DNA of 60,232 nt, taken from positions 1 through 60,232 of the IMG/VR virus record IMGVR_UViG_3300045921_000410; one strand, 5' to 3'. Below, one piece after another: positions 35,704-44,353 of the stretch; within the stretch, counting starts at the first letter, position 1, and each line of letters starts with the position of its first letter. Below the pieces are notes generated by a model. It was given only the letters and a program-made list of their open reading frames with translations, was not told where the DNA came from and ran no database searches. This DNA comes from a virus (lineage: Duplodnaviria > Caudoviricetes). The translations under genes were made by a program, and so were the position numbers.

Positions 35704-37583
35704 ATTATGAGACCACCTGTATTATTTCGAAAACCTACCCCCACTAACTTCTCTAATCCGACATCAGCGTACATGTTAGAATCGAAAAAATGGTCATCAC
35801 CAAACTTTACAACAATTTCGTACTCTCTATTTGCCTCGACATTCAATCTGGGCTGGATACCTAAATTGCAATGGTGGTCAATAAATTTCCTAATTGTTTC
35901 ATTATAATCCCCGGTTGCTATTGGAATCAATACTTTTTCTTGCCTAAACTGATTTTGTATTTCTTTTACACGGGAAAGTTTAGAAAAAGTGACTCTTTTT
36001 TGATCTTCATTCCAGTTTGGAACGATTAATTTAGAAGCACTCCCACGCAACTGTTTACCAGACTCCGACGTATCAAAAAAAGCTCCGTAAACTTTGTTAG
36101 GAAAATACTGCATTAAAGTTTTATTTCGATCAATTCCAATTCCATTTGCATCATTTACAATAATATCAATATCAAAATGTCTAATTATTTGAGCGACTCG
36201 TTTAACATGAGCAAGACCATCTTTAGGACTTAATCCAGCTCTTAAAATCACGTTTTCATTTATTTCCTCCAAATATACAATGGCGTTAAATCTATTTTTA
36301 CCAAAATATGCAACTTTAACAACAACCCAAGACTGCTTCTCACCCCAGTCAATACCAATAGAACGATTACTCATCTGAGCTGTGAAAGCTGTTTGTAATT
36401 TGTAGTCACCCTGACAAGCTAAAATGTCTCCTTGACTTAAACGACTGTTACCTTTGATAAACGCTGTACCCCAATCTTCATTCCAAAATTGCCAAGGGTA
36501 AGAACTTAATTTATGAGACTTTCTTAAAAGCGACTTACCAGTATTCCACGGTACAATCGGGGCAACCATTCTATAAGAATCATGAATATTTATTAATTCT
36601 TTCTTTTTAGGCACCCAAAAAGAATTTTTAATATAATAATTTGAATTTCTATCAATAGGAGTTTTACACTTTCTACAACCTATATAAACTAAATCTAATT
36701 TTTTCTCGTAACTGGGAGATATTTGTTCAAATGAATTCGCTTCAAAACCATTAATAATGTTTTCATAAAAATCAAACGTCTGTTCAGTTTTACATTTTGC
36801 ACATTTAAAGTGCCATTCATTTTCGGAACCCTCAGAAACCTTTTTATCTATTCCTACTCCTGGAACAGTTCCAGTACTAAAAAATCTCTCCCACTGCATA
36901 TCACTGTGAGAAAGCATAGCCCGAAACACACCAACAATAGATTCAGGCATAAAATCGTACTCATCGTACGCAATTACATCTCTTGATCCAGATCGCCCAC
37001 CAGCTTTTCCAATCGCACCAGAAATACTATACTGTGAACCGTTTAAAAATTTAAATCTTCTTATATTAGCTGAATCTAATTGTCTATTTATTCTAGGAGA
37101 TTCTTTAATTGCCGGACTAATTTTTTCAGATGAAAAGTTATCTCCCATGACATCTGTCGGAAATAAATGATGAACTCTTCTATATCCATGACTAAGACAA
37201 ACAAAAATTAATTCGTTTAAATGATTTTCGGACATTTCTGTCTGTCTTGCTTTAATTATTGATTTAGTGGGTGCCTGTGATCTTAGATACTGATTTAAAT
37301 AATGACGTGAAAACTGGGAAGGTACTACATCGTACTTTCCCAGCTCCATCTTAATTCCTAGCGACTTAAATGACCAGGGCTTACCGTTTATAAATCTGTA
37401 ATGCGAAATCCATTCTATAATGTCTGAATAATTACTTCTATCTTTTACATCATTAAGAAACTCTTTCGCTTCTTCTTCTCTTTTTTTGAGAATTATATTG
37501 ATCGATAACCCGTAAGTTCCTAAAGTATTTTGTCTTTCTAAGTTTAACTTTGCGTAACTTTTATGAGCTAGACGGTAAGCCAT
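35700..37583 (-). CDS. terL: Terminase large subunit (GpA/SPO1-like)
   Basis: KARQTEMSE Walker-A variant, IAYDEYD Walker B, CAKC/CRKC zinc motif, GIDWG and DDHF nuclease motifs. Confidence 0.92.
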   Translation of the reverse strand: MAYRLAHKSYAKLNLERQNTLGTYGLSINIILKKREEEAKEFLNDVKDRSNYSDIIEWISHYRFINGKPWSFKSLGIKMELGKYDVVPSQFSRHYLNQYLRSQAPTKSIIKARQTEMSENHLNELIFVCLSHGYRRVHHLFPTDVMGDNFSSEKISPAIKESPRINRQLDSANIRRFKFLNGSQYSISGAIGKAGGRSGSRDVIAYDEYDFMPESIVGVFRAMLSHSDMQWERFFSTGTVPGVGIDKKVSEGSENEWHFKCAKCKTEQTFDFYENIINGFEANSFEQISPSYEKKLDLVYIGCRKCKTPIDRNSNYYIKNSFWVPKKKELINIHDSYRMVAPIVPWNTGKSLLRKSHKLSSYPWQFWNEDWGTAFIKGNSRLSQGDILACQGDYKLQTAFTAQMSNRSIGIDWGEKQSWVVVKVAYFGKNRFNAIVYLEEINENVILRAGLSPKDGLAHVKRVAQIIRHFDIDIIVNDANGIGIDRNKTLMQYFPNKVYGAFFDTSESGKQLRGSASKLIVPNWNEDQKRVTFSKLSRVKEIQNQFRQEKVLIPIATGDYNETIRKFIDHHCNLGIQPRLNVEANREYEIVVKFGDDHFFDSNMYADVGLEKLVGVGFRNNTGGLII

Positions 37584-38154
37584 CTTTTGTTAGCTGTTCA
37601 ACTTTAATCGATTCTAAACTTTTAGACTCTTGACTAATTGGAGGATATTGAACCCCAGCGTTAGGATTACTTGTAACCCCAGGCAACGGTAAATTGCTCC
37701 TAGACTGAGAAGCTATATCATCTGGAACAGTATCTATTCCAATTGTTGGGTCATCGGCAATTCCGACTCCGATATGAACATCTGACTGTTGTTCAACTTT
37801 ATCTAAGTACTCAGTAGGATAAACTTTAAGTAAATACTTGGATCGGTTTTCCGGTGTATTTTTAATAACCTCAAAATTGTCATCAGAGGCACCAGTACGT
37901 TCAATAATCACTCTTTTAAAAATGATTATATTAGAGAATTTTTCAGGAAATGCAACTGCCATTCCATTGTAAAATCGCACATAATCAAACCAAGTCTGTG
38001 AACCAGGTTTTATATCAATCGATTCGAAAAGAAAAGAAGTAGCCTGTTCATAGAAGTATTTCCAAGAAATTTTTTGTTCCAGCTCTACTGATTCCGATTC
38101 TTGCTTGTTTAGTTCCTTAGAACTAAAATTAGGTTTATTTTTTGATTTTGCCAC
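37561..38154 (-). CDS. Hypothetical protein
   Basis: Start re-called to GTG (MAKSKNK) with AAAGAGGT RBS. Confidence 0.6.
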   Translation of the reverse strand: MAKSKNKPNFSSKELNKQESESVELEQKISWKYFYEQATSFLFESIDIKPGSQTWFDYVRFYNGMAVAFPEKFSNIIIFKRVIIERTGASDDNFEVIKNTPENRSKYLLKVYPTEYLDKVEQQSDVHIGVGIADDPTIGIDTVPDDIASQSRSNLPLPGVTSNPNAGVQYPPISQESKSLESIKVEQLTKDGLPSSS

Positions 38155-38197
38155 GGCTTTTTTTACCTCTTTAAAACAAAATAACATAACAGTGTAA

Positions 38198-39109
38198 TCA
38201 CTGCAAGTCAATAAGTACTGCTCTATTACCTAATTTTTTAGCGACTTTTCCGACAGTACCAGAACCAGAAAACGGATCAAGAACAATACTTGATTTACTT
38301 ACACTAATCTTACACAAACATTGTCGATCTATTTCAGTAAATTTTTCAAACTGCATACTTTTTACTATTCTATCTTTTGTTTGACTTGGAATTTGTGCTT
38401 TAGTTCCTGCATAATCTTTTTTTGAGTTTCCACCAAGAGACCTGGTTGAGTAGTTTTTCCTTTTAATTTTTTTAATTTTAAAATCAATAGGCTTGGAACA
38501 ATTAGAACATACTCCGTATTTTGAAAGAGATAAACGTAAGCAACGATCTACAAGTTCCTCTGGAAAAACTGCCGTATGATTATTGTCTATTGTAGACTCA
38601 GTGTTTATTGCCCAAACACTGTGCAATAAAGAACCGCTCGGATTCTTTTGACTTATGTTATCAAAAAAATATTTTGGTTTTTTAGAAAATAGAAATAAAT
38701 ATTCGTGTTTATTAACACAACGATCCGTAACACTTTCAGGAATTCCATTTGGCTTATACCATATAACACTTTGCCTATGAATCCAACCGATTTTTTTCAT
38801 TTCTTCTACAAACAAAAACGGAACATTAAGCAAACATTTTTTAGAGTCTTTACTATAACTATCATTTATATTTACCCAAAGAGTACCGTCATCTCTTAAT
38901 ACTCTAAATACCTCCTTAAATACCAATATTAAATTAGATAAATACTCTTCTTTGCTTTTTTCTATTCCAATTTGATTCTGAACTTTATAGTCTCTCAAAT
39001 TAAAATACGGGGGAGAAGTAACAACTGCATGAATTGATTGACTGGGTATATTTTTTATGACTTCTCTACTATCTCCTATTATTTTATATATACCATTTTT
39101 AAAATTCAT
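38198..39109 (-). CDS. Beta-class amino-methyltransferase (SPPY type, probably N4-cytosine)
   Basis: VTSPPYF, H.AVFPEELV.R and VLDPFSGSGT motifs; zinc-like insertion. Confidence 0.88.
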   Translation of the reverse strand: MNFKNGIYKIIGDSREVIKNIPSQSIHAVVTSPPYFNLRDYKVQNQIGIEKSKEEYLSNLILVFKEVFRVLRDDGTLWVNINDSYSKDSKKCLLNVPFLFVEEMKKIGWIHRQSVIWYKPNGIPESVTDRCVNKHEYLFLFSKKPKYFFDNISQKNPSGSLLHSVWAINTESTIDNNHTAVFPEELVDRCLRLSLSKYGVCSNCSKPIDFKIKKIKRKNYSTRSLGGNSKKDYAGTKAQIPSQTKDRIVKSMQFEKFTEIDRQCLCKISVSKSSIVLDPFSGSGTVGKVAKKLGNRAVLIDLQ

Positions 39110-39738
39110 ATCAAACTCGGATTAACATAAAAAACTGGGATGGATTTCATTTTTATGAACTCATTAGAATCGGGAATATTTTCAAAATAATCAGAATAAT
39201 CTATATTTTTATTTTCTAAATACTTGTTCTTTAACAATGTTCGTTGCGGTTCAAAATTTAAAAAAATATTTTTTTCATACACCGGATACATAATGTTATT
39301 TTTGTCATCGACATGCTTTAATCCAAAACAGTGCCCGATTTCGTGGGCTAAAATTAATGTTTTATCAAAATTACTGTATCGATTCGAATTCCATATTTCT
39401 GACTTAACTATTGCTACACTTTCTGTAATTTCACCACCTGAATTATATCGCAAAATGCAAGCTCCAATCAAAGAACTATACTGCGAACATAGTGAATCGT
39501 ACTCTTTCAAATCAGGTTCTTGACAACTTAGATTAATTGACTGAGTGATTCTATTTTTTTTAAACCTATCATAATCTAAGCTAAACTGTATATTTAATCC
39601 CCAAATATTAAACGCCTGATTTACTTTATTTTCTGAAAAAAATAAAGGTATTAAGTATTTAGTTTTATCCGATGAATCATTATTTACACATTTAAAAAAC
39701 GCAAATAATAATAATAAAAATAAAAACGTATTTTTCAT
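39106..39738 (-). CDS. Matrixin-family (metzincin) metalloprotease, predicted lipoprotein
   Basis: HEIGHCFGLKH plus NIMYP Met-turn; signal peptide MKNTFLFLLLLFAFFKC. Confidence 0.8.
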   Translation of the reverse strand: MKNTFLFLLLLFAFFKCVNNDSSDKTKYLIPLFFSENKVNQAFNIWGLNIQFSLDYDRFKKNRITQSINLSCQEPDLKEYDSLCSQYSSLIGACILRYNSGGEITESVAIVKSEIWNSNRYSNFDKTLILAHEIGHCFGLKHVDDKNNIMYPVYEKNIFLNFEPQRTLLKNKYLENKNIDYSDYFENIPDSNEFIKMKSIPVFYVNPSLI

Positions 39739-40196
39739 ATTTCTCCTCGAATCAGCCTTTCTTTTGCATCTCTCAATTTTTTCTTCTCCATCAAATACTT
39801 GTAAGCATTTAAAGGCTGAAATTGTAAACGCCGAGTAACATCAAAATCTTTATCAAACACAGGAATAGCGGAGTACTGCTCTGAAAATTCAAGTAGCTCT
39901 CGACCCGTCAATATATGTATATTTGGATTACAATCTGGATGGTACATATTCAATTCCATCAAGTATTTAATTTGATCCACGCCTTGCATATTTTTAATAG
40001 CTAAATAAGTATCCATTTGTTTTTGTGTAAGATCGTTTCTCTTTTCACCCGGAGAATAAACATAGTACTTTTCGTCTAAAAAAATAATTCGATTAAAAAA
40101 CGGCACTTTCTTTCCCAAACCAACTTTGTCGTTTTGCTTGTGGCTACTTTTTTCTACTTCAAAACCTTGCATTACTTCTCTTTCAGCTTCATTCAT
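39735..40196 (-). CDS. Hypothetical protein
   Basis: Coupled ORF. Confidence 0.6.
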   Translation of the reverse strand: MNEAEREVMQGFEVEKSSHKQNDKVGLGKKVPFFNRIIFLDEKYYVYSPGEKRNDLTQKQMDTYLAIKNMQGVDQIKYLMELNMYHPDCNPNIHILTGRELLEFSEQYSAIPVFDKDFDVTRRLQFQPLNAYKYLMEKKKLRDAKERLIRGEI

Positions 40197-40504
40197 ACAA
40201 ACATACCTCTAATCGCATCAATATCATTTCCTGATTTATTTTTTAATTTGTCAGCTTCTTTTAAACATTCAATAAAAGAAGCTAAATGCTTTAACGATTG
40301 CAACTGTATTTTCAAAATGTTTGTTTTATTCGAATCATAAGAAGGGTGTAAAATAAAAGCAACTTCTTGAAAATTTATCTGCTTTTCAAAAGCTTTTATT
40401 GAATTTTCTAAAACACTAAAATCGATTAAATGAATTTGTACTTTAATTGATTCTATAATTTTTGATAACTCTATAGTCTGCTCTACTGTAACTTTTGAAT
40501 CCAT
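40193..40504 (-). CDS. Hypothetical protein
   Basis: Coupled ORF. Confidence 0.6.
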   Translation of the reverse strand: MDSKVTVEQTIELSKIIESIKVQIHLIDFSVLENSIKAFEKQINFQEVAFILHPSYDSNKTNILKIQLQSLKHLASFIECLKEADKLKNKSGNDIDAIRGMFV

Positions 40505-40512
40505 CTTTTTAC

Positions 40513-40752
40513 CTACTCATGAATTTTATATACTTTGTAATATGTCAATTGTGTAGATTTAGATTTTGTCTTTTCTAAAAATTCTGGAAAAGACAATAAC
40601 CCCCAAACCGTATCAATTAATAAACTATCACTTTTTAATTTGATAGTTTTACAAAAAGATTCCCAAATACTTACTTTATCATCTTTTTTAGTCAACTGGA
40701 CAAAAGTCACATGCCCAACAAAAATAACTTTTTTATTACTTAAACCTAACAT
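40513..40752 (-). CDS. Hypothetical protein
   Basis: ORF in operon. Confidence 0.55.
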   Translation of the reverse strand: MLGLSNKKVIFVGHVTFVQLTKKDDKVSIWESFCKTIKLKSDSLLIDTVWGLLSFPEFLEKTKSKSTQLTYYKVYKIHE

Positions 40753-40907
40753 TATTTTCCCCTAACAGAATCAATAACTCTTGATAACGATTCACACCTA
40801 GCTCTATGTCGATCAGGATTTTCTGGAATTTTACCGTACCACATTGGCAAATATCCAAAACGATTAAGATACCACTTATTCATTACTTGAACAAAATAAT
40901 TTTGCAT
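40752..40907 (-). CDS. Hypothetical 51-aa protein (not in ORF track)
   Basis: AAGGAG RBS; fills the gap exactly. Confidence 0.5.
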   Translation of the reverse strand: MQNYFVQVMNKWYLNRFGYLPMWYGKIPENPDRHRARCESLSRVIDSVRGK

Positions 40908-41228
40908 TTAATTATTCTCCTTATTCATTAAATTTTTTAAATTCTTTTTCGCTTTTGAATTTCCACTTCCACCCCAAACATAATTTTTACCCGGAACATT
41001 AATTCTATTTCTAACGTGTAATTGAATTAAATTTCGCCTTATTTCTCTTTCTCGTCTCTCTAATTTTATTTTGATTCGCCACATTAAAGCTACTCGATAC
41101 CTATAAAATCTAATAAACTTTCTGGGTTTAAAAAACCGAAACATGATCATTTTTAATCTTTCTATCTTTTCAAACTTCGGCACTATGGAAAGTTTTTCGT
41201 TTTTTGTAAAAAATTTTAATGGTCGCAT
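40908..41228 (-). CDS. Hypothetical basic protein
   Basis: GAGGA RBS; Arg/Lys-rich. Confidence 0.55.
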   Translation of the reverse strand: MRPLKFFTKNEKLSIVPKFEKIERLKMIMFRFFKPRKFIRFYRYRVALMWRIKIKLERREREIRRNLIQLHVRNRINVPGKNYVWGGSGNSKAKKNLKNLMNKENN

Positions 41229-41621
41229 CTAATTATCCTCTATATTTAAAATATTTACATTTCCAATAATACAATAAATCCATTGATCTATTTCAATTTT
41301 ACCGCTCTGGTGTGCTTTTAATAACCTAGATAACAACTCAGATTTTAAATTTTCATCAAATCTGACCCATTGAACCTTGTTACTAAAAAAAGTCAAATAA
41401 TAGCCGAAACAAGTAAAATTTATTCGACCGAAAACATCAATAACACCAGACAATTTAACTTGATACAAATTGCCATAAGATTCTTGCACTTTCAAAATTA
41501 AATCATTTACCTTTGGTGGTTTTATATCATATAAAATAATAAAAATTTCTCGATCTCTTAAAGATAAAACAACTGGATCTTTATATAAAACATTTGAAAA
41601 AAATTCTATATTATTATTCAT
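41229..41621 (-). CDS. Hypothetical protein
   Basis: ORF in operon. Confidence 0.55.
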   Translation of the reverse strand: MNNNIEFFSNVLYKDPVVLSLRDREIFIILYDIKPPKVNDLILKVQESYGNLYQVKLSGVIDVFGRINFTCFGYYLTFFSNKVQWVRFDENLKSELLSRLLKAHQSGKIEIDQWIYCIIGNVNILNIEDN

Positions 41622-41624
41622 TAT

Positions 41625-42425
41625 TTAATTAACCTCTTTTACGTCATTTAAATCGTGTGGCAAATAAGCCATGAATGCCTGGGATAAGTCTGCATTTATA
41701 TTGTTATATACTTTTTCGTACACCTCTGGGGAATCATTCAAATGTCTTTGCAAATTTTTATTTACCAACTGTAAAACTTCGTTCAACTTTGCAATAGTGA
41801 CAACATTATTTCTAGAGTACTCTATCTTAGTTTTTTCCAAATTTAACTTTTCCAATTCCATGATAAACTCAATCAAACCTTTAAATAATTGACGTACCAT
41901 TTCGTACACTTCCGGATCATCAATAAACTCCGTACTTACCTCTAAATATAAATTAGCTACGTGATCTACTGAAATTTCATCATTTGACCACTCTTGTTTT
42001 ATATCTTTAACAATCTTTTTTAACTGTTGTTTAATTTCATTTAATCTAGTGGCTCTCACTGGATTTTGTAAAATTTGGGTAAACAGAAAATGTCTGGTAT
42101 GTTTATCTTTTTTTATGATTGCTTCTTCAATAATAACATGAGCAAGAGAGTCAACTAACGATATTTTTGAGGGATCTTTATTTATTTTTTGTATTAAAGC
42201 TTCATAATCTTGTATAGATAATTTTGGATCAAAATACTTAGTCAAAGCATCTGAAATTATTTTTTGTCTTTCTACTAAAGAATAAGAAGGCAAAATTTTA
42301 TTCATTTTATTTTTTAATTCTTTCGCAACTGTACGGGAATCTTTAACACCTTTCTTTCTACCGTTTAAATTACCTGATTGTCCAGGCTTAAAAGACGTGG
42401 AATTTGCTTTTTTCTTAGCGGGCAT
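41625..42425 (-). CDS. terS: Putative terminase small subunit
   Basis: N-terminal FKPGQSGNLNGRKKG (DUF5681-type) with a helical body. Confidence 0.6.
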   Translation of the reverse strand: MPAKKKANSTSFKPGQSGNLNGRKKGVKDSRTVAKELKNKMNKILPSYSLVERQKIISDALTKYFDPKLSIQDYEALIQKINKDPSKISLVDSLAHVIIEEAIIKKDKHTRHFLFTQILQNPVRATRLNEIKQQLKKIVKDIKQEWSNDEISVDHVANLYLEVSTEFIDDPEVYEMVRQLFKGLIEFIMELEKLNLEKTKIEYSRNNVVTIAKLNEVLQLVNKNLQRHLNDSPEVYEKVYNNINADLSQAFMAYLPHDLNDVKEVN

Positions 42426-42825
42426 AATTTAAAATCCTTGGATATTTATTTTGAAACGTACTATATAACTTTGGATTCTGGAAACGATTTCCAACGACTT
42501 GCACATAAGAAAAAATGCTATCGATTACGCTCAAAGAAATAACAGGACACTTTGTATCATCAGTAAGCATAACTAACTCCGAGTCACGATCTTGTAATAT
42601 CAAAGCTTGACATTTTTTTGGAAAATAACCTTTGTGATTTTTGGGTGAATCAGAAAAAGATACATTAATTATATCTAATTCAAATATTGGGGCACCAATC
42701 GAATCTTCAAAAAAACTAAATAACATTGCATGAATCTCTGTATTTGAATTAAAATAAAATATGGGATTATCGTAATCAAAATAAAACATACTATCTTTAC
42801 GAACATCCCATACTCTAAAAATCAT
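42415..42825 (-). CDS. YopX-like protein
   Basis: MIFRVWD...QVVGNRFQNPKL termini. Confidence 0.65.
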   Translation of the reverse strand: MIFRVWDVRKDSMFYFDYDNPIFYFNSNTEIHAMLFSFFEDSIGAPIFELDIINVSFSDSPKNHKGYFPKKCQALILQDRDSELVMLTDDTKCPVISLSVIDSIFSYVQVVGNRFQNPKLYSTFQNKYPRILNYAR

Positions 42826-43523
42826 TAACCTAATGCTACCGATTCAATAGTTTGAAAGAAGATATTTTCCATAGAATCAGCTAACATCTCTATTTGCTTT
42901 ATCTCTTCTAAATACTTCCAAAACTGATTATAGTCTTTATTTGTTTTAAATTCAATTTTAAAACTCACTTTTTCAAGAGTAGTTTTACTTACTGAACCTT
43001 TTCCAGTTATTACAGAATCCTCTTCATCACTATCCTCTTCATCAACTGCATCAACCTCTTTTGGTCTTTGTGCTGTGCGATCTGCTTTTTTATTTGCGTA
43101 CAAAAATTTATAGGAAATCTCAGATAGTTCTTTTTTTAATTGATTAACTGGAATATCATTAGCAAACGTCAAGAACCCAGATTTTGTAGGGGTTCCAAAT
43201 ATAGAACTGGCAAGAAGAATCTTTGCTTTTGCATCGTCAAAAGAATTTGCTTCAATCGGAACATAAGGTAACGGATCAATCTTGTAACCTTTCTTTTCCA
43301 ATGATTCTAGTACTTTTGTTCTTCGAGAACCGTCAATTATAGCACAGTCATCTTTATCCCTTACCCATAGAAAAAAAGGAAAAACAATACCTCGTTTAAT
43401 CAGAGAAAACTCTAACTTATTTAAATCTTCCTCTGATTTTAAATTTCCCTGAATGACATTACAAGAATGCCAATCTATTGTAGGACACTTTGGAACATTG
43501 TTTTTTATTATTTTATTTGACAC
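42825..43523 (-). CDS. ParB/Srx N-terminal domain protein
   Basis: KLEFSLIKRGIVFP...IIDGSRR. Confidence 0.75.
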   Translation of the reverse strand: MSNKIIKNNVPKCPTIDWHSCNVIQGNLKSEEDLNKLEFSLIKRGIVFPFFLWVRDKDDCAIIDGSRRTKVLESLEKKGYKIDPLPYVPIEANSFDDAKAKILLASSIFGTPTKSGFLTFANDIPVNQLKKELSEISYKFLYANKKADRTAQRPKEVDAVDEEDSDEEDSVITGKGSVSKTTLEKVSFKIEFKTNKDYNQFWKYLEEIKQIEMLADSMENIFFQTIESVALG

Positions 43524-44130
43524 GATTTATATACTCCTTTAAAGCTCGCAAAACAATTTTAGTACGATCTTTTGTTTTATACTTTGCCGATAAAGTTTCC
43601 ATATACTCATCCAATTTATCAAAATTAGATTCTAAGTACATAAATTCGACAACTGTGTTATCAATATTATCACTAATCGTCTTAACGCTAGATACTTGCA
43701 ATTTAAGCTCTGGGAAATGAACATAATTCGCAATCTGCTTTAAATTTAATCCCTCGCTAAACGCTTGAAAACCACGCTTAACAATCTGCCCATAGTGAGA
43801 CTCCGATAAAAGTGCAAGCTCTTTCGCTTGTGCTACATTATTTGCTTTTACCAAAACACAAGGAACAGGATCAATTTTAAATTTAGCTAACTCTAGCTCT
43901 CTTAATACCTGTACTTCGACTTCTCGATGAATTACTGTAGGCTTACCTTTGTTAAGCCATACATAAACCGGAAACTGCATTCCAAGATCAATTAAAGAAG
44001 TACGACATTTCTGTAACTGCTCTGGCGTGCTCTTTAATAAACTACCCGTAAAAGAAACCAACTCACTTAAATTATACGTAAATGGTGCCTGTTTACAATT
44101 ATTTGCAATTATTTTTAAATTTTTTGCCAC
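43513..44130 (-). CDS. Divergent ParB/Srx-like paralog
   Basis: Aligns by eye with the neighbour (SL..G..FP...W, KIDP.P.V...AN....AK) but lacks the DG.RR motif. Confidence 0.6.
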   Translation of the reverse strand: MAKNLKIIANNCKQAPFTYNLSELVSFTGSLLKSTPEQLQKCRTSLIDLGMQFPVYVWLNKGKPTVIHREVEVQVLRELELAKFKIDPVPCVLVKANNVAQAKELALLSESHYGQIVKRGFQAFSEGLNLKQIANYVHFPELKLQVSSVKTISDNIDNTVVEFMYLESNFDKLDEYMETLSAKYKTKDRTKIVLRALKEYINRVK

Positions 44131-44153
44131 CGATTATTTCCTCCTTTTAAATT

Positions 44154-44178
44154 AAAAATCGGGGATTTAAGTCCCCGA
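44154..44178 (-). terminator. Intrinsic terminator
   Basis: TCGGGGA/TCCCCGA stem plus U-tract. Confidence 0.7.
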
Positions 44179-44190
44179 CTAAAAAACTAA

Positions 44191-44337
44191 CTAATCTTCG
44201 AAATCATCTGAGATTTTATCATCTTTGACTGATTTTCGATTTTTGGTTTCTACTTTATTTTTCACAACCGATTTTTTCTTATTTATCGATTTTTTAGCTA
44301 CTTTCTTCTTTTTGGCTACTTTTTTCTTTGCACCCAT
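44191..44337 (-). CDS. Histone H1-like Lys-rich 48-aa protein (not in ORF track)
   Basis: MGAKKKVAKKKKVAKKSINKKKSVVK...DDKISDDFED; AAGGT RBS. Confidence 0.6.
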   Translation of the reverse strand: MGAKKKVAKKKKVAKKSINKKKSVVKNKVETKNRKSVKDDKISDDFED

Positions 44338-44353
44338 GGAATGCTTTACCTTC

